NCBI GenBank assembly: GCA_021295715.1
Contig: JAGWBV010000003.1
Span: 19,400-83,399, forward strand
Direction: 5' to 3'
DNA length: 64,000 bases
Source: Candidatus Poribacteria bacterium
GTDB lineage: Bacteria > Poribacteria > WGA-4E > WGA-3G
Shown: one piece after another, positions 27,601 through 35,774 of the stretch
Layout of the letters: each line of letters starts with the position of its first letter
Position numbering within the stretch: the stretch's first letter is position 1
Translations under genes and position numbers: made by a program
The notes under the pieces: model-generated
The model's database searches: none
Told to the model about the DNA's origin: nothing
The model's input: only the letters and a program-made list of their open reading frames with translations

Positions 27601-27895
27601 CTGATTTTTCTTGTTCCTTCAATAACTGTTTACGAAGCGGTGAAACGCCTTTCTTCGACCTTAGGAGACTAATGACTAACACGATACCGCTAATGCCTAA
27701 GGCTACGAGAACACCAATCTCTTCCGCCTCCGCTGGTGGCATCTTGGGCTGCAACTTCCCAATCAAGAACGGAAGGATTCTACTCAAAACCATGCCGAGA
27801 ATTGCACATCCAAGTAGAGCAATGAGTGTAGATCGTCCCTGCGCTGTCCCTATCGGATTCGGTTTCTTCTGTTTACCATGTTGTCTATACTGCAT
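27590..27895 (-). CDS. Small two-TM membrane protein, unknown function
   Basis: Two hydrophobic helices (TLIALLGCAILGMVLSRILPFLIG; IGVLVALGISGIVLVISLL) with basic ends. Lies between purF and purM and overlaps the purM start by 11 nt. Confidence 0.5.
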   Translation of the reverse strand: MQYRQHGKQKKPNPIGTAQGRSTLIALLGCAILGMVLSRILPFLIGKLQPKMPPAEAEEIGVLVALGISGIVLVISLLRSKKGVSPLRKQLLKEQEKSDGS

Positions 27896-27943
27896 AAAAT
27901 TTCCCTCGTAAGGCGCGCTTCCAAGCCCATGTTAAGACCGAGT

Positions 27944-29353
27944 TTAATCTACGATTAAGGGAAGTTGTTGTGAGGATTCTTCCACAAACGGGATCGGATA
28001 TTTTCCATCAAAACAGGTGGTACAAAAATCCTGGGGTGTTTCCACTGAATTGAGCAGTCCTTCAATGCTGAGATACCCCAGACTGTCTGCCCGGATATAC
28101 TTTCGAACTTCCTCAATTGTGTGCGAACTTGCGATTAATTCGCCACGGGTCGGTGTGTCCACACCATAGAAGCATGCGAATTTATTCGGAGGGGATGCGA
28201 TGCGGAGATGGACGGCTGTCGCGCCGCCTTGCCGAACGATTTTGATGAGTTTCCTGCTGTTTGTCCCCCGCATGATTGAGTCGTCCACAAGTACGACCCG
28301 TTTGCCGCGCAGCACATCGCGCACTGGATTCAGTTTTATCTTCACCATCAGTTCCCGGACATCCTGTGTTGGGTTCATGAAGGAGCGACCGACGAAAGTA
28401 TTTCGAGATAATCCTAAATCAAACGGAATGCCAGACTCTTCGGCGTATCCAAGCGCAGCGATTGTTGCAGAATCAGGTACTGGGATAACAACATCTGCTT
28501 TGACAGGGTGTTCACGGGCGAGTTGTCTACCGAATTCGCGGCGCGTGTTGTTCACGCTTTGCCCAAACATCATGCTATCTGGTCGTGCCAAATAGATATA
28601 TTCAAAGATGCACTGCGATAATTGCGCCTGTTTCTTATGAAAACGAAATGACTCTACACCCCGATGTGTAGAGCGTGTAAACACTAACTCTCCTGGCTCT
28701 ACCTCACGTATCGGTTCCGCTTCAATCACATCAAAGGCACACGTCTCAGACGCTAACACGTATGCATCCCCAAGTTTACCGAGCCAGAGCGGTCGAAATC
28801 CATGAGCATCACGAGCACCCATCAGCGTGTTTTTATCCATACATACGAATGAATACGCACCCTCAACACTTCGCAGTGCATCCATAATTCTATACTCCAA
28901 CGCCTGCTTCCGCGAATGCGCTATCAAGTGGAAAATGACTTCAGTATCCAAACTGGTGCTAAAGATGGAACCCGCATTCTCTAAGTGATTCCGAATTTGC
29001 AGGGCATTGACGAGATTGCCATTGTGACCGAGCGCGAGGGGACCTTGCTTGTAGTTCCGAACCAAAGGTTGTGCGTTTTCAAGCGTACTTGCCCCTGCAG
29101 TTGAATACCGGTTATGTCCGATAGCGATATGCCCTTTCAGTTTCGCTAAAGCTTCAGTAGTGAAGACGGAGTGAACAAGCCCCATACCGTGGTGGTATGT
29201 AAACTTTTCGCCGTCTGATGCGACGATGCCGCTACTCTCCTGTCCGCGATGCTGAAGGGCGCGTAACCCTAAATACGTCAATTCCACCGCTTTTGGATGG
29301 CCGAAAACGCCAAATACACCGCATTCGTCCTTTGGTTTATCATCGTATTGCAT
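27944..29353 (-). CDS. purF: Amidophosphoribosyltransferase
   Basis: N-terminal nucleophile in KDECGVFGVFGH, GHNRYSTAG, and PRPP motif VVLVDDSIMRGTN; 469 aa. Confidence 0.95.
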   Translation of the reverse strand: MQYDDKPKDECGVFGVFGHPKAVELTYLGLRALQHRGQESSGIVASDGEKFTYHHGMGLVHSVFTTEALAKLKGHIAIGHNRYSTAGASTLENAQPLVRNYKQGPLALGHNGNLVNALQIRNHLENAGSIFSTSLDTEVIFHLIAHSRKQALEYRIMDALRSVEGAYSFVCMDKNTLMGARDAHGFRPLWLGKLGDAYVLASETCAFDVIEAEPIREVEPGELVFTRSTHRGVESFRFHKKQAQLSQCIFEYIYLARPDSMMFGQSVNNTRREFGRQLAREHPVKADVVIPVPDSATIAALGYAEESGIPFDLGLSRNTFVGRSFMNPTQDVRELMVKIKLNPVRDVLRGKRVVLVDDSIMRGTNSRKLIKIVRQGGATAVHLRIASPPNKFACFYGVDTPTRGELIASSHTIEEVRKYIRADSLGYLSIEGLLNSVETPQDFCTTCFDGKYPIPFVEESSQQLPLIVD

Positions 29354-29424
29354 TTTGATGGGTGGAACCTCCAGCGTGCACTCTTGAATTTACGCAACAG
29401 TTCATCAAAGAAGCCTTTCCTAAA

Positions 29425-29970
29425 TTAAGCCTGTTCTGTACTCGCTTGTGTGTCTTCTATCGGTGTTAACCTGTACCCCAATATTGCACCGATAGGAATA
29501 GCAAGAATATACCAGATTTCGACCGGTAAACCGAGGTGAACCCACCCACGCATGGGTAACGAGATAATATACGCAAGTGTTTTTAGAACGGGTAAGAGCA
29601 ACGCCAAGATCAGATTCGGTCTGCCAAATATTTCCCACGGAACGTTAAGCAGTGCCAGCAAACCGACGACAGCAGGTGGTCCCAAAAATGCCCCCGAACA
29701 GAGCGGCTTTAGAGGGATATCGGCACCAAATTTTTGACTCAGAAAACGGATCCCCATACTTGCACCTATAATCACAACTCCGTATGTGACGGTTAGCGAG
29801 ATGAGGAGAAATAAACCTACCCAGAAACCGTGATTGACTCGGTTTCCAAGTAGGAATTGCCAAATAAGACTCTCAAATATCATCAGGCAGATCCATCCAC
29901 CTACCAGACCAATGACACTCCCCGCGACGATTTGCCCGAACGTTAATGTAATGTTATTTTTGGTTTCCAT
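29425..29970 (-). CDS. Polytopic membrane protein, unknown function
   Basis: About 5 hydrophobic helices. Lies upstream of purF on the same strand. Confidence 0.55.
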   Translation of the reverse strand: METKNNITLTFGQIVAGSVIGLVGGWICLMIFESLIWQFLLGNRVNHGFWVGLFLLISLTVTYGVVIIGASMGIRFLSQKFGADIPLKPLCSGAFLGPPAVVGLLALLNVPWEIFGRPNLILALLLPVLKTLAYIISLPMRGWVHLGLPVEIWYILAIPIGAILGYRLTPIEDTQASTEQA

Positions 29971-30119
29971 GCGCTCTCGACTTTCTGTCTAATTAAATTT
30001 TCAATTCTATTGTAACATGATGCAACATTAATGTCAAAACAATCTAATCTTTTTCCTGTAGGGTCCTTCAGTTTTAAGTTTTGGTTTGGAGAAATATCCA
30101 TCCATCACAAAAATTGGGA

Positions 30120-30148
30120 TTGACGAAACAGCAAATATTTATTAGAAT
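30120..30148 (+). promoter_or_regulatory. sigma70-type promoter candidate for the second PhyH gene
   Basis: TTGACG (30120-30125), 17-nt spacer, TAGAAT (30143-30148). Confidence 0.45.
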
Positions 30149-30210
30149 GCCGACAACACTCGGTATTTACAATATAGACAACCAGCCTTGTTCTACGCAG
30201 AGGAAAAGAA

Positions 30211-31083
30211 ATGAAAGAATATTTAGAGATTCAGAAACCTGAACTTGACTACACTTACGAGTTTGAAACCGATGAACTTTCCCTCGTGTCCGAATGCCTT
30301 GAAGCACATGGTTTTGCGATTATCAAAGATGTCCTACCTCCTGATTTGGTCGATAGTTTAAAGCAGGCGGTCTTTGACGGCACAGATCCGAAACGGGAAT
30401 TAGAGCATGGACAGAGCAGCACCCGACACGCGTGGATTGAGTCTGGACCGGGGGCTTGGCAGCTGCTCGGATACGATCCCTTTATGAAAATCCATCGGCA
30501 CTTGATCGGTGCAAAGGAATTGACCCTCCACCGATCTGCCGCTATCATTCGGATGCCTGGGTCTCAGCCTGTTGCATGGCATACGGACTGGTGTGGGTTT
30601 TCAACGGACACCCCCAAAAATTCAGGTGATGTGCTTAACCGTGGACTTTGGCCCTCAGGTAAATGGTTCTATTTGACGGGTTCTCGTCCAGAACACGGAG
30701 GGTTGTGCATCATTGAAGGGTCTCACGTCGAGAACTGGAAAGGTCCCGAAGGCTTCAAACTGACAGCGGACAAACGCTCCTTCTATAAGGAAGGCGAAGA
30801 AGAAAAGGCTTATGTAGGATTTGATATTCCGGGATTGGTGCCACTCTTCACGAATCCGGGGGATATGATTGTGTTTGCGCACCGGACGTATCACGGCGCG
30901 TTCCCGAACCAGATTGATGAAATTCGGTTGTCGTGCGGTGTCGGTTTTCGGCATCGGGACCACCATATTGATACTCCGTGGGAAATCCCAGAAGAAGGCA
31001 GGCAGTTCTTAGCGGACTTACCGCCGCATTTTCAGCAGTATACGCATGGGTATACCAGTATCAATTTGAATTGGCAGGGGTAA
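30211..31083 (+). CDS. Phytanoyl-CoA dioxygenase (PhyH) family oxygenase
   Basis: Motifs GFAIIKDVLPPDLV, WHTDW (HxD) and HRTYHGAFPN; 290 aa. Confidence 0.85.
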   Translation: MKEYLEIQKPELDYTYEFETDELSLVSECLEAHGFAIIKDVLPPDLVDSLKQAVFDGTDPKRELEHGQSSTRHAWIESGPGAWQLLGYDPFMKIHRHLIGAKELTLHRSAAIIRMPGSQPVAWHTDWCGFSTDTPKNSGDVLNRGLWPSGKWFYLTGSRPEHGGLCIIEGSHVENWKGPEGFKLTADKRSFYKEGEEEKAYVGFDIPGLVPLFTNPGDMIVFAHRTYHGAFPNQIDEIRLSCGVGFRHRDHHIDTPWEIPEEGRQFLADLPPHFQQYTHGYTSINLNWQG

Positions 31084-31376
31084 GCGCGTTTCAGAGTATT
31101 CAGAGTAAAACGCAAAAAATGATAGATTCCAAAAAAGCCGTAAACCTATACCATGACTGGATTCTCAGCGGTTTTTGCAGGAGGTATCCTGGAAGTTTAC
31201 TCTGAAGTCTCATACGGAAAAGGAGAAACTTAAATCTACACTTTAGAATGGATAAGATAATACGAAGCGCGTTAAATCTCCTGTCGTCAAGACTTTAGTG
31301 AAGTTTACAATTAACTAACGATCCCCTGGCGGGGTTACAAACCCCACCAGCAAAGGATAATAATTGCACATTGCAT

Positions 31377-32705
31377 CTACAGATCACCGATGTAACACGC
31401 GATGAAGAAGAGTGCGAAGTAGTAAATGACCGGATGAATCTCTTTCCTACGACCCGTCACCAACTTCAAAAACGCCAATGAGATGAACCCGAAACCGATG
31501 CCGTCCGTAATACTGAAGGAGAGCGGCATCATCAGCATCGTAAGGAACGCGGGGATCGATTCTGTGATGTCTTCCCAGTCAATTTGACTGACACTTCTGA
31601 GCATCAATCCACCGACAACAATGAGTGCTGGCGCGATAATCGGATAAAGGAAAGCAGCTTGACTAATCTGAAACCCACCGCCAACGATCTTAACAAGCGG
31701 ATATAAAAAGACAGACAGCAACATGAAAATGCCTGTAAAGGCAGCGGTAAGTCCTGTCCGTCCACCTTCGGCGATACCTGTTGCGCTTTCAATGTAACAC
31801 GTCACAGTCGAAGTGCCGAGCAATGCCCCGCCAACGGTACTTCCTGCATCCGTCAAAAGTGCCCCTCTGGCTTTTGTGAGTTTTCCCTCTTCCATCAGTT
31901 CCGCTCGATATCCGATAGCCGTAAGCGTCCCAATGCTATCGAACATATCAATGGCGAAAAACACAAAGATGACGGGAATGATTTCCAGTCTGGCAAATAT
32001 ATTGGGAAACTGTAGTTTAAAGAGCGTTGGCTCAATGGACGGCGGTGCAGCGACAATTCCGTCATAGGAGGCTGTTCCAACGATGAGGTTGGCAGCAGCT
32101 GAAATGAGGATACCAATCAGGATAGCACCTCGCACCTTGCGTGCGATGAGTGTGAGCGTTACAGCAATACCGAAGATTGAGAGGAGTACGGGTCTGGCAT
32201 CAAGATCACCGCGGGTTATAAACGTGGCAGGATCTTTTGTAATAATTCCACTCATCTGTAGTCCGATGAAGGCAATAAACAACCCAATCCCAATAGCAAT
32301 GGCATTTTGGAGCGAGTGTGGAAGCGCATTCATGATTGCCTCGCGTATCCCGACAAACGAGAGTATGAAAAATAGCATACCCGCTATAAATACAATACCC
32401 AACGCTTCCTGCCAAGGTATACCTGAACCTAAACAAAGGTCAAAAACGAAATAGGCGTTAAGCCCCATACCCGGAGCCAATACAACAGGATAATTCGTAA
32501 AATATGCCATGCAGAACGTCGCGAGTGCACTGGATAGGCAAGTCGCAACCATAACGGCACCATAATCCATACCAGACTGCGAAAGCATTGCGGGTTGCAC
32601 GAAGATTATATATGAAATGGTCATAAAATTCGTGAGACCGGCAACGAATTCGCGTCTCAACGAAGTGCCGCTTTCTTTTAACGCAAATAGCTTTTCAAGT
32701 ATCAT
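31377..32705 (-). CDS. NCS2 family permease (AzgA/PurP-like purine permease)
   Basis: N-terminus LFALKESGTSLRREFVAGLTNFMTISYIIFVQPAML is typical of adenine/guanine/hypoxanthine permeases. About 13 TM segments. GGAGGG RBS. Confidence 0.9.
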   Translation of the reverse strand: MILEKLFALKESGTSLRREFVAGLTNFMTISYIIFVQPAMLSQSGMDYGAVMVATCLSSALATFCMAYFTNYPVVLAPGMGLNAYFVFDLCLGSGIPWQEALGIVFIAGMLFFILSFVGIREAIMNALPHSLQNAIAIGIGLFIAFIGLQMSGIITKDPATFITRGDLDARPVLLSIFGIAVTLTLIARKVRGAILIGILISAAANLIVGTASYDGIVAAPPSIEPTLFKLQFPNIFARLEIIPVIFVFFAIDMFDSIGTLTAIGYRAELMEEGKLTKARGALLTDAGSTVGGALLGTSTVTCYIESATGIAEGGRTGLTAAFTGIFMLLSVFLYPLVKIVGGGFQISQAAFLYPIIAPALIVVGGLMLRSVSQIDWEDITESIPAFLTMLMMPLSFSITDGIGFGFISLAFLKLVTGRRKEIHPVIYYFALFFIACYIGDL

Positions 32706-32884
32706 CTTCCCTCCTTTATTGGTGGTCAGTAGTCAGCGGTCAGCAATCAGGAGAATAACCATCAGAAAAAGGGTTCCGATGCGCATTAAGCATCTCTTTC
32801 TGAAACTGATAGCCATTTTGTGGCAGTCAAGGGAACCATGTATACCAGAACCCTTCTTTGCTGATAGCCGATGGCTGATGGCTA

Positions 32885-33856
32885 TTAAAAATTTGGTTGA
32901 AGCACACCATAAGGCAATTGCTCTCCTTTCAAACCTGCGAGCAAATTCTCCATTGCCATTGTCATCATCTTCATCCGCGTTTGGACAGTTGCGCTCCCAA
33001 GGTGTGGGGCAACAATAACATTGTCCAAACTGAGAAGCGGATGGTCGGTATTAATCGGTTCTGGTTCGGTTACATCGACGGCTGCACCTGCAATCTGTCC
33101 CTGCTTAAGTGCATCATATAAAGCGTAGTGATCAACGACGGGACCTCTCGCGATATTGACTAAAATGGCTGTCTTTTTCATCAAAGCAAGTTCTGCTTCG
33201 CCGATGAGGTGTGTTGTTTCTTCGGTTAACGGGACGTGAAGCGTCACGAAATCGGAGACTTCCAATAGATTTTCAAGTGTTCCGTATTCTACACCGAGTT
33301 CTTGTTCCCAATCGGGTCGACGTTCACGTTTGTAATAAAGGACACGCATATCAAAGGCTCTGGCACGTTTGGCAACCGCATGCCCAATGCGTCCCATACC
33401 TACAATCCCCAAAGTGGAATGATGTACATCAGTTCCCCAGAGGATGTTTGGGTCATAGTAATGCCACTGTTTATCAACTTGGACATGGTTATAGGCAGGA
33501 ACAATATTTCGAGCAGTGGCAAGCAGGAGTGCCATGGTCATATCGGCGGTGGTATCACTGAGAACCCCCGGTGTATGTCCAACCGCGATCCCGCGTTCTC
33601 TACACGCTTCAACATGGACGTGGTCATAACCGACTCCGACGACAGAGATCGCTTTGAGATTCGGTGCTGTAGCAATCATCTCTGGAGAGACAGGCTCATG
33701 CCCATAAGTCATTAACCCATCAAGTGGCGGAATTCTATCTGCGATAGGCGGCAAAATGGCGCTCGTGTGCCACATATCGACCTCACATTCTTCTGCTATC
33801 TTCGCGCGGATCTCTTCCCGGATAGGACGCGTAACAAAGACTTTAAATTTCGACAA
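32885..33856 (-). CDS. D-isomer-specific 2-hydroxyacid dehydrogenase (glyoxylate/hydroxypyruvate reductase-like)
   Basis: Motifs GIVGMGRIGHAVAKRA, ALMKKTAILVNIARG and AAVDVTEPEP...VIVAPHLGSAT. TTG start with a GGAGG RBS. Confidence 0.9.
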   Translation of the reverse strand: MSKFKVFVTRPIREEIRAKIAEECEVDMWHTSAILPPIADRIPPLDGLMTYGHEPVSPEMIATAPNLKAISVVGVGYDHVHVEACRERGIAVGHTPGVLSDTTADMTMALLLATARNIVPAYNHVQVDKQWHYYDPNILWGTDVHHSTLGIVGMGRIGHAVAKRARAFDMRVLYYKRERRPDWEQELGVEYGTLENLLEVSDFVTLHVPLTEETTHLIGEAELALMKKTAILVNIARGPVVDHYALYDALKQGQIAGAAVDVTEPEPINTDHPLLSLDNVIVAPHLGSATVQTRMKMMTMAMENLLAGLKGEQLPYGVLQPNF

Positions 33857-33870
33857 AGCATTCCTCCTTT

Positions 33871-33991
33871 AATAGCCATCAGCCGTCAGTGCGGATTTTT
33901 CAAAAAATCCTTTCAGCAATCGGTAAAGAGATTATCGTTTAACAAAAGTCTCTTGTGACTGACCGCTGATGCCTGATTGCTGACAGCCATT
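33871..33991. repeat. Palindromic intergenic element, family 2 (CAGTCAG/CTGACNG arms, GGATTTTT-CAAAAAATCC core)
   Basis: About 75 nt are homologous to 38074-38150 (...GTCAG.G.CGGATTTTT.CAAAAATCCTTTCAG.A.TC.GTA.AGAG.TAT.CGTTTAACAA). The outer arms CCATCAGCCGTCAG / CTGACCGCTGATG are near-complementary. Confidence 0.75.
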
Positions 33992-33992
33992 C

Positions 33993-35441
33993 CTATGATC
34001 TGCGATAAAAAATCCGTATCGGTGTGCCGTGAAATCCGAATTCCTTCCGAATACTGTTGACAAGGTACGCATCATAGGGCTGCTGGACGCGATGGATATT
34101 CCGTCCGAAGATTAAGAAAGTAGGGGGTTTAGTTTCTACCTGTGTAATATATTTAAGTGCGGGACGTACACCTTTAACCCGCGGCGGTGGATGTGCACTA
34201 CGCAATTCTAAAAGCAATTCGTTGAGTGCCGGTGTAGGGATGTGTGTACAATACTCACGGTATACCTCAAGAGCAGTCGTTAATACTTGGGTAACGCGTT
34301 GTCCAGTTAGCGCCGAAGTAAAGACACGTGGAACATAGCCGAGTTGCGGAAGTTGAGCATCTATCGCATCCATAAACGTTGGATGTGTTGTATTGTCCTT
34401 ATCAACCAGATCCCACTTGTTCATGACTAAAACGGAGGCTTTCCCTTGTCGTTCGATGAAATTAGCGATAGTCTTATCCTGTTGCGCTACCTCTTGGGTT
34501 ACATCCAGCACAAGTACAGCGATGTCGCTCTGGCGAATACTGTGTATCGCGCGTTGTACGGTTGCGGATTCAAGCTCATCTTTGATAGTGGATTTACGCC
34601 GCATTCCTGCCGTATCAACGACCTCAAAAGGGATATTGTCGTGAACGATTCGAATATTCACTGCATCGCGCGTGGTACCGGGTCGGTCATCAACAATCAT
34701 TCTATCTTCACCTAACAAACTGTTGATAAACGAAGATTTTCCGACATTCGGTCTGCCAACAATAGCGATTTTCATTGTGGCAGGCGCGTCGTGAACAGTT
34801 TCGTCGATCTCTGGAAGGACTTCAACAACGCGGTCAAGGAGTTCCCGAATCCCATCGTTTTGGACGCACGATGTCCACATCAGCTCTGTCAATCCGAGTG
34901 CGTAAAACTCGGCGGCTTCATTGTGAAATCTGTCGCTGTCTACCTTATTGACGACGAGGAAGATAGGTTTACCAGCGATTCTGAGTTTATCAACGACAAC
35001 TCTATCGTGTGGCATGATACCAACTCGTGCGTCAACGACAAAAAGGACAAGACTCGCTTCAGCCAAGGCAGCATCCACCTGTGCTTGAACATTATCAATG
35101 AGTCGGTCATCGGGATCAACGTCCAAACCGCCGGTGTCAACGATAGTAAAAGCTCGGTCTGCCCATTCTACGTCAGCGTAGTTCCTGTCGCGCGTCACGC
35201 CCGGAGTATCATGAACGACAGCGTATCGGCGATCAGCTTTCAGTCGCCGACTTTCAACTTTATAGTCTTCAGTTTCCAGTTTTAGGTCATCAGTTAAAGA
35301 GGACTCCGATTCAACAGGATCATTTCTTAACCGATCACCACGCTTCTGCCGGCGGCTATTTCCAGTGATTCGATTGAAAAGTGACGATTTCCCGACGTTC
35401 GGTCTGCCGACGATCGCAACAATGGGTCGCACGGTTTCCAT
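33993..35441 (-). CDS. der: Ribosome-biogenesis GTPase Der (EngA) with an insertion in GTPase domain 1
   Basis: Two P-loops (GRPNVGKSSLFNR, GRPNVGKSSFINS), DTAG/DTGG, NKVD/NKWD, and a KH-like C-terminus. A charged insert of about 45 aa lies between NRITG and AVVHDTPGVTRD. Confidence 0.95.
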   Translation of the reverse strand: METVRPIVAIVGRPNVGKSSLFNRITGNSRRQKRGDRLRNDPVESESSLTDDLKLETEDYKVESRRLKADRRYAVVHDTPGVTRDRNYADVEWADRAFTIVDTGGLDVDPDDRLIDNVQAQVDAALAEASLVLFVVDARVGIMPHDRVVVDKLRIAGKPIFLVVNKVDSDRFHNEAAEFYALGLTELMWTSCVQNDGIRELLDRVVEVLPEIDETVHDAPATMKIAIVGRPNVGKSSFINSLLGEDRMIVDDRPGTTRDAVNIRIVHDNIPFEVVDTAGMRRKSTIKDELESATVQRAIHSIRQSDIAVLVLDVTQEVAQQDKTIANFIERQGKASVLVMNKWDLVDKDNTTHPTFMDAIDAQLPQLGYVPRVFTSALTGQRVTQVLTTALEVYREYCTHIPTPALNELLLELRSAHPPPRVKGVRPALKYITQVETKPPTFLIFGRNIHRVQQPYDAYLVNSIRKEFGFHGTPIRIFYRRS

Positions 35442-35705
35442 ATTTTTAATGTTCCTTGCGGTTCGGTGAGGTGAGTTTCAGGTTTAGAGTGCGTTTCCGT
35501 ATACCTGCGGAAACGCCCAAGCAAACCCCTCCACTACGTTACGGACTATACGATTTTGGACTACACAAAGAACCTGCGCGTAATAAAATGGAGCGCAGTC
35601 CAGGAACCCCGACATTAAAAGCCTTGCGGTTCGTTCAGGTCGGTTTTACGACGGAAGTCGTTTTCGTATATCCAGCCCGGCGCGATGCTTGGGTTTACCT
35701 GTTCT
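35442..35705. repeat. Two tandem diverged copies of the MITE-like repeat
   Basis: ATTTTTAATGTTCCTTGCGGTTCGGTGAGGTGAGTTTCAGGTTT...CCGTATA...CCCAAGCAAAC..., then a second ATTAAAAGCCTTGCGGTTCGTTCAGGTCGG... It aligns with the reverse complement of 49261-49484. Confidence 0.8.
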
Positions 35706-35774
35706 AACTTACGTAACGATTAGGTTATTGACGGGCGATGAAGGATTTCCCTCCTACAAATGCCCTCCACCCTG

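Noticed and set aside
31325-31352. Hairpin CTGGCGGGG-TTACAAA-CCCCACCAG, considered as a tRNA fragment or bidirectional terminator.
   Set aside because: There is no cloverleaf or T-loop consensus. The stem has a mismatch and neither strand has a U-tract. It may still be a weak terminator, but the support is insufficient.
32706-32884. Purine riboswitch upstream of the NCS2 purine-type permease.
   Set aside because: The conserved purine-riboswitch loops and junctions (for example CCGUAAA, UAUAAU P1 context) are not present. The spacer is occupied by family-2 CAGTCAG-type repeats.
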